Source: an uncultured Pseudanabaenaceae cyanobacterium (GTDB lineage: Bacteria > Cyanobacteriota > Cyanobacteriia > Pseudanabaenales > Pseudanabaenaceae). Taken from it: 64,000 nt of DNA. The translations under genes were made by a program, and so were the position numbers. Shown piece by piece: positions 19,182-28,336 of this stretch; within the stretch, counting starts at the first letter, position 1; each line of letters starts with the position of its first letter. The DNA is taken from positions 76,632-140,631 of the forward strand of contig CALGKB010000011.1 of the NCBI GenBank assembly GCA_937927915.1. Direction: 5' to 3'. The notes under the pieces were generated by a model. That model did not search any database, had not been told where the DNA came from, and worked only from the letters and a program-made list of their open reading frames with translations.

Positions 19182-19261
19182 TTTGCCAACTTCCCCCTAG
19201 TATGTTAGTATAATGTTCCTGTGCCCATATATTTTTGAACGGAGCCTGAGAACACTATACT

Positions 19262-20284
19262 ATGCCAACTACTCGGAACAAGAAAAAAACAGCAAAACAG
19301 CCCGATGTGGGGTTTACCCATGATGACTTTGCCGCTCTCCTCGATCGGTACGACTATCGCTTTAGTCCGGGGGATATAGTGGCAGGGACTGTTTTTAGTA
19401 TTGAGCCGAGGGGGGCGCTGATCGACATTGGGGCAAAGACGGCTGCCTTTATCCCTTTGCAGGAGATGTCCATCAATCGGGTGGATAGCCCCGAGGAGGT
19501 ACTCAAAAATAACGACACGCGGGAATTTTTTATCCTGGCGGACGAAAACGAGGAGGGGCAGCTGACTCTCTCTATTCGACGGATTGAGTATATGCGGGCG
19601 TGGGAGCGAGTGCGCCAACTGCAAAAGGAAGATGCCACAGTGCGCTCCTTGATATTTTCTACTAATCGCGGGGGGGCGTTGGTGCGGATTGAAGGTCTAC
19701 GGGGCTTTATTCCCGGCTCTCATATCAGTACCCGCAAGCCCAAGGAGGAGTTAGTAGGGGAGGAGTTACCCCTGAAGTTTTTAGAGGTAGACGAGGAGAG
19801 AAATCGCCTGGTGTTGAGCCACCGCCGCGCCCTGGTAGAGCGGAAGATGAACAAACTGGAAATTGGCGAAGTGGTAGAGGGAGTGGTACGGGGTATCAAA
19901 CCCTACGGTGCCTTTATCGATATTGGCGGGGTCAGCGGTCTCCTGCATATTTCGGAAATTTCCCACGAGCATATTGAAACGCCCCACAATGTGTTCAATG
20001 TCAATGATGAAGTGAAGGTGATGATCATTGACTTAGATTCGGAGCGGGGGAGAATTTCCCTGTCGACGAAGCAGCTGGAAGCAGAACCGGGGGATATGGT
20101 GCGCGATCCCAAGCTGGTTTATGCTAAGGCAGAGGAAATGGCAGCTAAATATAGGGAGCAGCTGCGCCTGGCAGCCTTGGGGGTAGAAGTGCCACCAGCA
20201 ACGGAGGAGGCAGAACCAGCGGTTAATGAGGAGGATATTCCCAGTGCGGTGGAGGAGCAGCCTGAAACTGTGGCAGTAGGCTAG
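19262..20284 (+). CDS. rpsA: 30S ribosomal protein S1 (short cyanobacterial form)
   Basis: 340 aa with three S1/OB repeats (GDIVAGTV.., ..GFIPGSHIS, GEVVEGVVRGIKPYGAFIDIGGVSGLLHISEIS). Confidence 0.9.
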   Translation: MPTTRNKKKTAKQPDVGFTHDDFAALLDRYDYRFSPGDIVAGTVFSIEPRGALIDIGAKTAAFIPLQEMSINRVDSPEEVLKNNDTREFFILADENEEGQLTLSIRRIEYMRAWERVRQLQKEDATVRSLIFSTNRGGALVRIEGLRGFIPGSHISTRKPKEELVGEELPLKFLEVDEERNRLVLSHRRALVERKMNKLEIGEVVEGVVRGIKPYGAFIDIGGVSGLLHISEISHEHIETPHNVFNVNDEVKVMIIDLDSERGRISLSTKQLEAEPGDMVRDPKLVYAKAEEMAAKYREQLRLAALGVEVPPATEEAEPAVNEEDIPSAVEEQPETVAVG

Positions 20285-20287
20285 GGA

Positions 20288-21541
20288 ATGTGGAGTTGGT
20301 TAGCGCTGTGGCTGTGGTATAGGTTCCCCGTTTCCCTCTCTACTCTACCGGCGTTTGTACTCCCAACGGCAGATGCAGTCCTCGCACAAGCAGGTTTTGA
20401 CCCCATAGCAGGGCGGGCAGTGGAGCAGCATTTGGCAACCCTCCAGAAATATGGCTATCCCCGATCGGAGCAAGGGGTGTGGATACAAAGCCAGGGGGGA
20501 GAGTTACTGGCTAGTCACCAAGGGGATAAGCCTTTGCCGACGGCTTCCCTGACAAAAATTGCTACCACTTTGGCAGTCTTAAGTACTTGGCACAGCGATT
20601 CCCAGTTTGTCACCCAAATTGCTACGAATGGTCGTCTGGTGGGGGATACCCTGCAGGGGGATTTGATTGTGGTGGGAGGGGGCGACCCACTGTTTGTGTG
20701 GGAGGATGCGATCGGGATTGGCAATAAATTGCAAGCCCTAGGTATTAGCCGCGTGACGGGGGATTTGGTGGTTACCCCTGGGTTTTACATGAATTTCAGC
20801 ACCGATCGTTTAGAGTCAGCCCAGTTTTTGCGGCAGGGGTTTGATAGTGGGCAATGGCAGGGGGAAGTGGTTACTCAGTATCAGACGCTGCCAGCGGGTA
20901 CGCCCCGTCCGCGAATTGTCATCCAGGGGGAGATTAAATTGGTGCCCCAAGCTCGTGGTCGGGTGCTACTCAAACACCGATCGTTGCCCCTGTGGCACAT
21001 CCTCAAGCAGATGAACACCTATAGCAATAACATGATTGCCGATGTCCTCATGGCAAATCTGGGGGGGGTACAGCAGGTAACAGACAAACTAGTGAGAATT
21101 ACAGGCATTCCCCGCCAGGAAATTCGCTTGGTCAGTGGTTCGGGTCTGGGACAGGCAAATCAAATTTCCCCTAGGGGGGTGGTGGCTCTCTTGTTGGCAA
21201 CGCAGCAGCACGCAAGGGCACAGGGTCGCAGTCTGGCGGATTTGTTCCCGATGGGGGACTGTCGCTGTGGCACGCTCCAGGACCGCCCCTTTCCTGGCAG
21301 TGCCATTCTCAAAACCGGTACCCTCAGCGATGTCAGTAGTTTGGCGGGGGTGATACAAACGCGGCAGCGGGGTACAGTGTGGTTTGCCCTCATCAATCGG
21401 GGGGAGGGGGATATTGCCGTCTTTCACCGCGCCCAGGAGGCTGTACTACGCAATCTGTACGCCCAGTGGGGGGAATTTACTCTCTGGAAGCCAAGGCTAG
21501 CAGTGGGGGAGTCCGATCGGGATGAAATCATGGCACCGTGA
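20288..21541 (+). CDS. dacB: D-alanyl-D-alanine carboxypeptidase/endopeptidase (PBP4 family)
   Basis: 417 aa. SxxK (ASLTK), SxN (YSNN) and KTG (LKTGTL) motifs in the correct order. Confidence 0.85.
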   Translation: MWSWLALWLWYRFPVSLSTLPAFVLPTADAVLAQAGFDPIAGRAVEQHLATLQKYGYPRSEQGVWIQSQGGELLASHQGDKPLPTASLTKIATTLAVLSTWHSDSQFVTQIATNGRLVGDTLQGDLIVVGGGDPLFVWEDAIGIGNKLQALGISRVTGDLVVTPGFYMNFSTDRLESAQFLRQGFDSGQWQGEVVTQYQTLPAGTPRPRIVIQGEIKLVPQARGRVLLKHRSLPLWHILKQMNTYSNNMIADVLMANLGGVQQVTDKLVRITGIPRQEIRLVSGSGLGQANQISPRGVVALLLATQQHARAQGRSLADLFPMGDCRCGTLQDRPFPGSAILKTGTLSDVSSLAGVIQTRQRGTVWFALINRGEGDIAVFHRAQEAVLRNLYAQWGEFTLWKPRLAVGESDRDEIMAP

Positions 21542-21625
21542 GCGATCCCGGCAGTGAAAATTGGGCTTTCTATTGATCCCCACAGTTGATACTATAGAGG
21601 AGTCCAGAGATATACCTACTTCGCC

Positions 21626-21910
21626 ATGCAGACCCTCGATAATTCTGACTTCCGTACCCCTACCCTCTCCGATCGGGAAATTCAAGTGATTGAACTGGTA
21701 GCCTCCGGTTTGAGTAACGAGCAAATTGCAGCGCAACTGGCGATTAGTAAACGCACGGTGGATAACCACATCAGCAATATCTTGGACAAAACCCGCACCC
21801 ACAACCGCGTTGCCTTAGTAAGATGGGCAATGCAGTGGGGCAAAATCTGTATTGATGGCTTCAACTGCTGTGTTCTGCCCCCGTCTTCTAGCCAAGTAGG
21901 GAAAGAATGA
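21626..21910 (+). CDS. pedR: small LuxR-type HTH regulator, PedR-like
   Basis: 94 aa. LuxR/GerE HTH (LSDREIQVIELVASGLSNEQIAAQLAISKRTVDNHISNIL) plus a Cys-containing C-terminal tail (ICIDGFNCC), as in the redox-sensing PedR of Synechocystis. Confidence 0.6.
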   Translation: MQTLDNSDFRTPTLSDREIQVIELVASGLSNEQIAAQLAISKRTVDNHISNILDKTRTHNRVALVRWAMQWGKICIDGFNCCVLPPSSSQVGKE

Positions 21911-22164
21911 ACTGGTACGTTGTCTATGACCCACCCCTCCCCTTGACTATGTACCGCGAATTAGCTGCTCACCTCACCCAAATCGAGGGGGTTAAAACAG
22001 AGTTGTTACCGCCACACCCCGATCGGTTTGACTACAATGCCAGTCAGGTGGGGGGGATCAAGATTAGCTTGCCTACCCCGCTCCCAGGGGAACTAGTGCA
22101 AAAAATTCTGCAGTATTACGGTAACTTTCAGACTACCTATGATCCAGACCCTGCGGGGCACTAA
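21907..22164 (+). CDS. hypothetical 85-aa protein, translationally coupled to the pedR-like gene
   Basis: ATGA start/stop overlap with 21626..21910. Codon usage resembles the neighbours. No family recognised. The 3' end overlaps hisS by 26 nt. Confidence 0.4.
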   Translation: MNWYVVYDPPLPLTMYRELAAHLTQIEGVKTELLPPHPDRFDYNASQVGGIKISLPTPLPGELVQKILQYYGNFQTTYDPDPAGH

Positions 22165-23377
22165 GGACATCTACGGTGCCGAAATCTACTACTGGCAACA
22201 CCTAGAGCAGGTGGCAAGGCAGCTATTACAGCAGCGCAGCTATAGGGAAATTCGTACCCCTATCTTGGAGATGACAGAGCTGTTTGCGCGGGGCATAGGG
22301 GAAACGACAGATATTGTCAACAAGGAGATGTACACCTTCCTGACCAAGGGGGAGGAATCGGTGACCTTGCGTCCGGAGGGGACAGCGGGGGTGGTGCGTG
22401 CCTACATCCAGCATAAACTCTACGGTGGGGTACAGCGCCTGTGGTACATGGGAGCGATGTTTCGCTATGAACGTCCCCAGAAGGGCAGACAACGGCAGTT
22501 CCACCAGTTGGGGGTAGAGTTGCTAGGCAGTAGCGATCCCCGTGCCGATGCGGAAGTAATAGCCCTTGCCTATACCATTTTGCAAACTTTGGGGCTAAAG
22601 GACTTGGTAGTCTCCCTCAATTCCGTTGGCGACAGTACCGATCGTGACCAGTACCGCCAAGCTTTGGTGGACTATTTTACCCCCTACCGCGCTGACCTTG
22701 ACCCCGACTCCCAACAGCGTCTCGATCGCAATCCCCTGCGCATCCTGGACAGTAAAGACCCCAAAACCCAGGCTATTTGTCAGTCCGCCCCTAACATTCT
22801 TGACTATTTGGCACAGCCATCACGGCAGCGATTTGAGCGGGTACAGTGCCTCCTAGAAGATTTGGGGGTGCAGTATAAGCTTGATCCCCGCCTGGTGCGT
22901 GGCTTAGATTACTATACCCACACTGCCTTTGAGATTCAATCCCAGGACCTGGGTGCCCAGTCTGCTGTCTGTGGTGGCGGGCGCTACGATCGGTTGGTGG
23001 CGGAATTGGGGGGACCGGACACTCCCGCTGTCGGTTGGGCAATGGGTTTAGAGCGGTTGATTTTACTCCTAGAAAGTCAGCAGACAATTACACCCCCTGC
23101 CCCTGATTTCTACATTGTCTCGCGGGGTGAGAAGGCAGAGGGCTATGCCCTGTTGGTGTGGCAGCGGTTATGCCAGGCACAGGTGCGGGTGGAACTGGAT
23201 TTGACGGGGGCAAAATTTGACAAGCAGCTAAAGCGAGCAGACCAGAGTGGGGCAAAGGCAGCCATCATCCTCGGTGATAGTGAGGTAGAGAACGGCACCC
23301 TACAGGTGAAATGGCTAGGGGAGGGGAGACAGGAGACGATGACGGTGGAGCAGTTGTTAAATCTAACCTTGTCCTAG
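22139..23377 (+). CDS. hisS: histidine--tRNA ligase
   Basis: 412 aa. N-terminus MIQTLRGTKDI; class II motifs (FRYERPQKGRQRQFHQ, GGGRYD). Confidence 0.93.
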   Translation: MIQTLRGTKDIYGAEIYYWQHLEQVARQLLQQRSYREIRTPILEMTELFARGIGETTDIVNKEMYTFLTKGEESVTLRPEGTAGVVRAYIQHKLYGGVQRLWYMGAMFRYERPQKGRQRQFHQLGVELLGSSDPRADAEVIALAYTILQTLGLKDLVVSLNSVGDSTDRDQYRQALVDYFTPYRADLDPDSQQRLDRNPLRILDSKDPKTQAICQSAPNILDYLAQPSRQRFERVQCLLEDLGVQYKLDPRLVRGLDYYTHTAFEIQSQDLGAQSAVCGGGRYDRLVAELGGPDTPAVGWAMGLERLILLLESQQTITPPAPDFYIVSRGEKAEGYALLVWQRLCQAQVRVELDLTGAKFDKQLKRADQSGAKAAIILGDSEVENGTLQVKWLGEGRQETMTVEQLLNLTLS

Positions 23378-24205
23378 GTAGTGCTGCCGCAGGGCTTGGG
23401 CATGGCAAAGGAGATTTTCTAGGTTTGACCAGGACTGGTTCTCGATTGTTTCTCTTATTGCCTGCAGGCTAGCTTGGTAGTGGTCGAGGGCAAGTAGGAG
23501 TGCCTCGCGGTTGAGCTGTGCCATCAGTCTACCTAGGGCGGGATTGCCCCCCCCTACCCTACTGGTGTCGGCAAAGCCAGAGCTGGCTAGTTTTTCCCCC
23601 AGCGCCTTCACTGCCCCGTTGGCTTCGCGGTCACAGGCGAGATTCAATGCTGCGCTCACCATCACTGGTAAATGGCTAATCCAGGCAACTGCTCGATCGT
23701 GTTCTTCGCCACTGCAAAAATAAATGGTCATCCCCACCTGTCGCCAGAGGTCAGCCACCGCCTCCCCCAACTCAGCCCCCGCCGCCGCTACCACTGCACA
23801 GGGACGACCCCGAAACAACCCCCCTTGGGCTGCCCCAATGCCCTTATTGTTGTTGCCTGCCATGGGGTGACTGCCGACAAACCGCTGCCACAGAGCCTCC
23901 GCCCCTTGCACAATGGGAGCTTTCACGGAACCCACATCTGTCACGATCGTTTGGGCTGGCAGATAGGGCACCAGTGCCGCCAAGGTAGGGATAATGCAAT
24001 CGAGGGGAGGGCAGAGTACCACTATATCAGTATCGGGGGGGAGAGGCGACCCCAGGCAATAGTAAGCATCGATTACTCCCCGCGCCAGCGCCTCCTGGCA
24101 GGTACTCTCCCTCTGACTCATGCCCCACACCCGATGCCCCAAACTGCGGAGGTCAAGGGCGAGGGAACCGCCAATCAAGCCCAAACCAACGATGCCAACG
24201 TGCAC
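23363..24205 (-). CDS. tyrA: arogenate/prephenate dehydrogenase
   Basis: 280 aa. N-terminal GxGxxG (VGIVGLGLIGGSLALDL), DVGSVK and HPMAG motifs. The GTG start directly abuts the rpmB stop. Confidence 0.88.
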   Translation of the reverse strand: MHVGIVGLGLIGGSLALDLRSLGHRVWGMSQRESTCQEALARGVIDAYYCLGSPLPPDTDIVVLCPPLDCIIPTLAALVPYLPAQTIVTDVGSVKAPIVQGAEALWQRFVGSHPMAGNNNKGIGAAQGGLFRGRPCAVVAAAGAELGEAVADLWRQVGMTIYFCSGEEHDRAVAWISHLPVMVSAALNLACDREANGAVKALGEKLASSGFADTSRVGGGNPALGRLMAQLNREALLLALDHYQASLQAIRETIENQSWSNLENLLCHAQALRQHYLGQG

Positions 24206-24442
24206 TTAAAACTTGCTGAGGTCAATACCAGCTTCACGGGCAAAGGTGGACAGCCCTTTTTTGGAGAGAGTTTTAATGGCCTTGGTGGACAGGCGCAGCG
24301 TGACGTAGCGTTTCCCTTCCGCCCACCAGATTCTTTTCGATTGCAGGTTGACGTGTTGCAGTCGCTTGTGGCACTTGTGGGAAAAAGAGATACTGATGGC
24401 ATTGTTTGCCTTCTTCCCCGTCAGTTGACAACGTTTCGCCAT
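24206..24442 (-). CDS. rpmB: 50S ribosomal protein L28
   Basis: 78 aa. [27 protein letters not shown] is the canonical L28 N-terminus. Confidence 0.93.
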   Translation of the reverse strand: MAKRCQLTGKKANNAISISFSHKCHKRLQHVNLQSKRIWWAEGKRYVTLRLSTKAIKTLSKKGLSTFAREAGIDLSKF

Positions 24443-24486
24443 AATGAATCTGCTAAAATAAGCTCCTTATTTTAACAGTTGCTCCC

Positions 24487-25227
24487 ATGTCCAGTCAATT
24501 GCCCCGTATCACTGTCCCTCTCTCACAGGTCACGGTGGGAGATAGTTTTGTCCTCCCCCCCGATCGGTTGCACTATCTACAGCGGGTGTTGCGGTTGCCA
24601 ACGGGGGCAGAATTTGTGGTGATGAACGGCAGGGGCACAAAGTGGCGTGCTCAACTGCAGGGGGACAGGGGCATCCTCCTTAGTCTAGTAGTGGAACAGC
24701 GGGAATTGCCCCACCAGATTCACCTGGGGGTAGCCATGCCCAAGGGCACAGGGATGGAGACAATCATCAAACAGACAACAGAAGCAGGGGTAGCCAGAAT
24801 CACCCCCATCATTTCCCAGCGCACTCTCCTGCGCCCCAGTGACCACAAACGCGATCGGTGGCAGAAAATTGCCCAGGAGGCAGCAGAACTTGCCTGTCGT
24901 AACTTGGTGCCAGTGGTGGAAGAGCCTGTACCCCTCGATCGGTTTCTCAGCCAGGACTTATGCCACAAATTTATCGGCGTCACTACCCCTGCCCCTCCCT
25001 TGAGTAGCCTGCTGCTCGAGTTACCCTTAGGGGGAAACCTGGGTTTATTGACGGGACCGGAGGGGGGCTGGACAGAAGCAGAAGTAGAGATGGCAGAAGC
25101 ACAGGGTTGGCAGCCTATGTCCCTTGGTCTAGCAGTGTTAAGTGCTACTACCGCCCCCGTTGTTGCTGTAGCTATTGCCAGCGCCCTTATCCTCAGTAGA
25201 TCATCGTGCCAATCCCACTGTCCGTAA
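24487..25227 (+). CDS. rsmE: 16S rRNA (uracil1498-N3)-methyltransferase RsmE
   Basis: 246 aa. PUA-like N-terminus and a SPOUT C-terminus with the [11 protein letters not shown] motif. Confidence 0.85.
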   Translation: MSSQLPRITVPLSQVTVGDSFVLPPDRLHYLQRVLRLPTGAEFVVMNGRGTKWRAQLQGDRGILLSLVVEQRELPHQIHLGVAMPKGTGMETIIKQTTEAGVARITPIISQRTLLRPSDHKRDRWQKIAQEAAELACRNLVPVVEEPVPLDRFLSQDLCHKFIGVTTPAPPLSSLLLELPLGGNLGLLTGPEGGWTEAEVEMAEAQGWQPMSLGLAVLSATTAPVVAVAIASALILSRSSCQSHCP

Positions 25228-26044
25228 ACACCTCCAAGAGAATGGAGTGGGGGACCCGCCCGTCCAGGATGTGGGCAGCCTTTACCCCCTGGGCGAGGGA
25301 ACGCACACAGCATTGCACCTTGGGGATCATCCCGCCGCTGACTATCCCCTGCTGCATTAGCTCCCGTGCTTCTGATAAGCTCAAGCTACGAATTAGGGTA
25401 GAGGGGTCACGGTAATCCCGCAAAATGCCAGCAATATCCGTCAACAGTAACAGCTTTTCCGCCCCCATCGCCGCCGCAATTTCCCCCGCTACCGTATCGG
25501 CGTTGATGTTGTAGGCTTGCCCCGTTTCATCGGATGCCACACTGGAAATCACAGGGATATGCCCGCCATTGATGAGTGCCTCCAGGAGCTGGGTGTTGAT
25601 GGCACTGACTTCCCCCACAAAGCCAATCTCCTCCCGTCCCTGGGAGCGCGCCTTGATGATGTTGCCGTCCTTGCCGCACAAACCCACCGCAGACCCCCCC
25701 TCCAGGTTGATCAACTCCACAATTTTTTTGTTGACCCTGCCCACCAAGACCATCTCCACCACGTCCATTGTGGCGGCATCCGTCACCCGCAGCCCGTTGA
25801 GGAACTGTGGCTCAATTCCCAGTTTTTCTAACCAAATGTTGATCTCCGGACCGCCCCCATGCACCACCACCGGGCGCACCCCCATCGATGCCAATAACAC
25901 AATATCCCGCATGACCGTCTGGGAGAGACTGGGGTCTTTCATGGCTGCCCCACCGTATTTAATCACCATCACCCGCCCGGCAAATTTCTGGATGTAGGGC
26001 AGGGCTTCACTTAGCACTTTGACCCGATCGATGTCTGTAATCAT
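25193..26044 (-). CDS. argB: acetylglutamate kinase
   Basis: 283 aa. [19 protein letters not shown] and [12 protein letters not shown] motifs. Confidence 0.95.
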   Translation of the reverse strand: MITDIDRVKVLSEALPYIQKFAGRVMVIKYGGAAMKDPSLSQTVMRDIVLLASMGVRPVVVHGGGPEINIWLEKLGIEPQFLNGLRVTDAATMDVVEMVLVGRVNKKIVELINLEGGSAVGLCGKDGNIIKARSQGREEIGFVGEVSAINTQLLEALINGGHIPVISSVASDETGQAYNINADTVAGEIAAAMGAEKLLLLTDIAGILRDYRDPSTLIRSLSLSEARELMQQGIVSGGMIPKVQCCVRSLAQGVKAAHILDGRVPHSILLEVFTDSGIGTMIY

Positions 26045-26874
26045 AGATTCCTGGGTTCCTTGGGTGGCAGACGACGGTTGGGGGGTAAATCTGGCAAGGG
26101 AGTATACTGGTTGCCCGTAAAATTGCGGCTGACCCTGAGGCGCTGTGTCACGATCGTGATGCCCCCCTCCTGCACCAAAACAGCAGAAACCCAGCGCTGC
26201 CCCTCCCGAAAAGGAGCACTGCCAATTTTGAATATGCCCCCTGCTCGCAGGGGCGATAAATCCACCGATCGTTCTTTGAGGTAGTTGTTAGTATTGACTG
26301 GCTCTTCTAGGATAGCCCCCAGGACAAAGCCATTCCCCAGGGGACGGGTAACAATGGCATCGACTGTGTAGTTGCGTCCTACCCCAATTTCCGTGGGCAA
26401 GCGCAGTTCCACAGGGGGAGGGTCTTCCCCCGCCTTCAGGACACTCTGTTCTGTCAGGATATTCTGCCGCAGTATTTGCCAGCGATTATTCTGCCAGCGA
26501 TAGGTTTGCTCAGCACTAATTTTTGCCTCTAGGGTGAAGTCATCCTTCTCCTTGGGTTGTCCCCCCCTAATCGTCGTCGTCGTTTTGAGGATGTAGTTCC
26601 CCTCCCGCTGCTCCCAACCATCTACTGTCGTGCGGTATTGCATCTGACCGTAGCGCCCCCACAGGGTCTGCAAATGTGCCCGCAGCTGCTCCAAATTCAT
26701 GCCATCACTGCTTTGGAACTCCGGCGCAAAGTATTGCAATAACCGATCGAGGTTGCGCTCACTGGCACTTTGGTCAATAGCCGCAAGGGTAGCCTGTAGT
26801 TCTGGCAATAATTCCCTCCCCCAGGCAAAGGGGCAGAGGGTACAAAAGCAAGCGAGGGCAAGCAAATATTTCAT
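26041..26874 (-). CDS. secreted hypothetical protein (NTF2/SnoaL-like N-half, unknown C-half)
   Basis: I prefer the ATG at 26874 ([19 protein letters not shown] signal) over the TTG at 26904. The stop overlaps the argB start in ATGA. Confidence 0.55.
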   Translation of the reverse strand: MKYLLALACFCTLCPFAWGRELLPELQATLAAIDQSASERNLDRLLQYFAPEFQSSDGMNLEQLRAHLQTLWGRYGQMQYRTTVDGWEQREGNYILKTTTTIRGGQPKEKDDFTLEAKISAEQTYRWQNNRWQILRQNILTEQSVLKAGEDPPPVELRLPTEIGVGRNYTVDAIVTRPLGNGFVLGAILEEPVNTNNYLKERSVDLSPLRAGGIFKIGSAPFREGQRWVSAVLVQEGGITIVTQRLRVSRNFTGNQYTPLPDLPPNRRLPPKEPRNL

Positions 26875-26958
26875 GTTTACTATGGTAACCCAGGGGAGGC
26901 GCAAATTTGGACTATTTCTTTTGGTAGAATGGAGTTCACATTTAGGGAGACGGAAATT

Positions 26959-27054
26959 ATGGGTGAATTTGCCAATGCAGCGGTACTGTCTATGGTACTG
27001 GTCATGGTGGGCATAGGTTTGGGTTATCTCCTACTGCGGTTGCAGGGCGAGTAA
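26959..27054 (+). CDS. petM: cytochrome b6-f complex subunit 7 (PetM)
   Basis: 31-aa ORF not in the track: MGEFANAAVLSMVLVMVGIGLGYLLLRLQGE. Single TM helix ending in the PetM-typical (K/R)LQG(x)E. GGGAGA Shine-Dalgarno about 8 nt upstream. Confidence 0.7.
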   Translation: MGEFANAAVLSMVLVMVGIGLGYLLLRLQGE

Positions 27055-28206
27055 ACCAGCGACAAACTCCTGTACCCGTTGACACCCCTCCGCGATCGTG
27101 GTGGGGTCTGTAGCATAGGAAAGGCGCACACACTGGTCAGCCCCAAAGGCAATCCCTGGCACCAAAGCCACCTGTTTCTCCCGCAGCAGGCGCTCACAAA
27201 ATTCTAAAGAACTTAAACCCGTCTGGGAAATGTCTGGAAAGAGGTAGAATGCTCCCTGGGGGAGCGGGCAGTGGAGACCCGCAGTTGTCGACAAAAATTT
27301 ATAGGCAAGGTGACGGCGTTCAGCATAGGCCTGGCGCATCTCAGCCACACACCCTTGGTCTCCCGTCAACGCCTGCAGGGCGCCATACTGGGCAAAGGTA
27401 CAGACATTGGAAGTGCTGTGCCCCTGTAACTTAGCCGTCGCTTTGATGATCTCCCGATTGCCCACCAGATACCCCACCCGCCACCCCGTCATGGCATAGG
27501 CTTTGGCAAACCCACTCACCAACAGCGTCCGATCGGGTAAATAGTGAGCAATGCTGCAATGCACGGCAGGCGGATAGATAATCTGACTATAAATCTCATC
27601 TGCCACCACCCACACCTGGGGATGGTTCTCTAGGACTTGGGCAAGGGCTGCCACTTCCGTTGGGCTATATACACTGCCTGTAGGATTAGCAGGGGAATTA
27701 AACACAAACAACCGCGTGCGTGGGGTGATTGCCTCTGCCAGCTGTAGGGGAGTAATTTTGTAATCCCTTTCCCAGGTTGTAGGTAAAAATATTGGTTCCG
27801 CCCCCGCCAACCGCACCATCTCCGGATAACTCACCCAGTAGGGGCTAGGGATGATCACTTCCTCCCCTGGATTGAGCAGACACATCATCAAGTTGTAAAG
27901 AGCTTGCTTGCCGCCGTTGGTGACAATCACCTGGTCGGGGGAGTAGTGCAGATTGTAGTCCTGGCGCAACCGATCGGTAATAGCCTGCTTTAGTTCTGGT
28001 ATGCCGGCAACGGGACCGTACTTCGTTTTACCTGCCTGCAATGCCCGCATTGCTGCCTCTTTGATAGGTAAGGGCGTGTCAAAATCTGGTTCCCCCGCAC
28101 TGAAGTCCCACACTTTAATTCCCTGCCGCCGCAGTTCGCTCGCCTGTTGAGCGATAGATAAAGTCAGAGAAGGAGTAATTTGGTCAAGACGGTGGGCAAG
28201 TTCCAT
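27031..28206 (-). CDS. PLP-dependent aminotransferase, class I (aspartate aminotransferase-like)
   Basis: 391 aa. NPxNPTG (NSPANPTG) and SGFAKAYAMTGWRVGY with the Schiff-base Lys. Confidence 0.88.
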   Translation of the reverse strand: MELAHRLDQITPSLTLSIAQQASELRRQGIKVWDFSAGEPDFDTPLPIKEAAMRALQAGKTKYGPVAGIPELKQAITDRLRQDYNLHYSPDQVIVTNGGKQALYNLMMCLLNPGEEVIIPSPYWVSYPEMVRLAGAEPIFLPTTWERDYKITPLQLAEAITPRTRLFVFNSPANPTGSVYSPTEVAALAQVLENHPQVWVVADEIYSQIIYPPAVHCSIAHYLPDRTLLVSGFAKAYAMTGWRVGYLVGNREIIKATAKLQGHSTSNVCTFAQYGALQALTGDQGCVAEMRQAYAERRHLAYKFLSTTAGLHCPLPQGAFYLFPDISQTGLSSLEFCERLLREKQVALVPGIAFGADQCVRLSYATDPTTIAEGCQRVQEFVAGLLALQPQ

Positions 28207-28336
28207 AGCATTGGCAAAAGCTAAGGCAAGATTGTAGCAAAATCTCCCTGGTCAATTGTTATATGCCATACCATCTCCCCCTTGCCATTGGGTTAAGAGC
28301 TGGTTATATTTAGCGCAAGTTTTTGTGGGGAGGACT

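Noticed and set aside
23672-24475. 267-aa plus-strand ORF spanning the tyrA and rpmB region
   Set aside because: It lies antisense to two genes with unmistakable family motifs (tyrA Rossmann/HPMAG, the L28 N-terminus). The product is R/P/G/H-rich low-complexity sequence with no recognisable domain. This is a typical shadow ORF of GC-biased codon usage.
24720-25313. 197-aa minus-strand ORF opposite rsmE. Similar long antisense or alternative-frame ORFs occur at 16351..16911, 11936..12421, 62303..63028, 10088..10552, 45682..46068 and 34402..34794.
   Set aside because: All overlap genes with strong motif support on the other strand or frame, and have biased low-complexity composition and no recognisable motifs.
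28256-28336. Long N-terminal extensions given by the ORF track at 28256, and likewise at 31153, 36346, 55480, 60092, 26904 and 39628
   Set aside because: These begin at TTG or GTG, or at ATGs with no Shine-Dalgarno, and add sequence in front of clear signal peptides or conserved N-termini. In each case an internal ATG with a Shine-Dalgarno-like element fits better. The true starts remain unverified.
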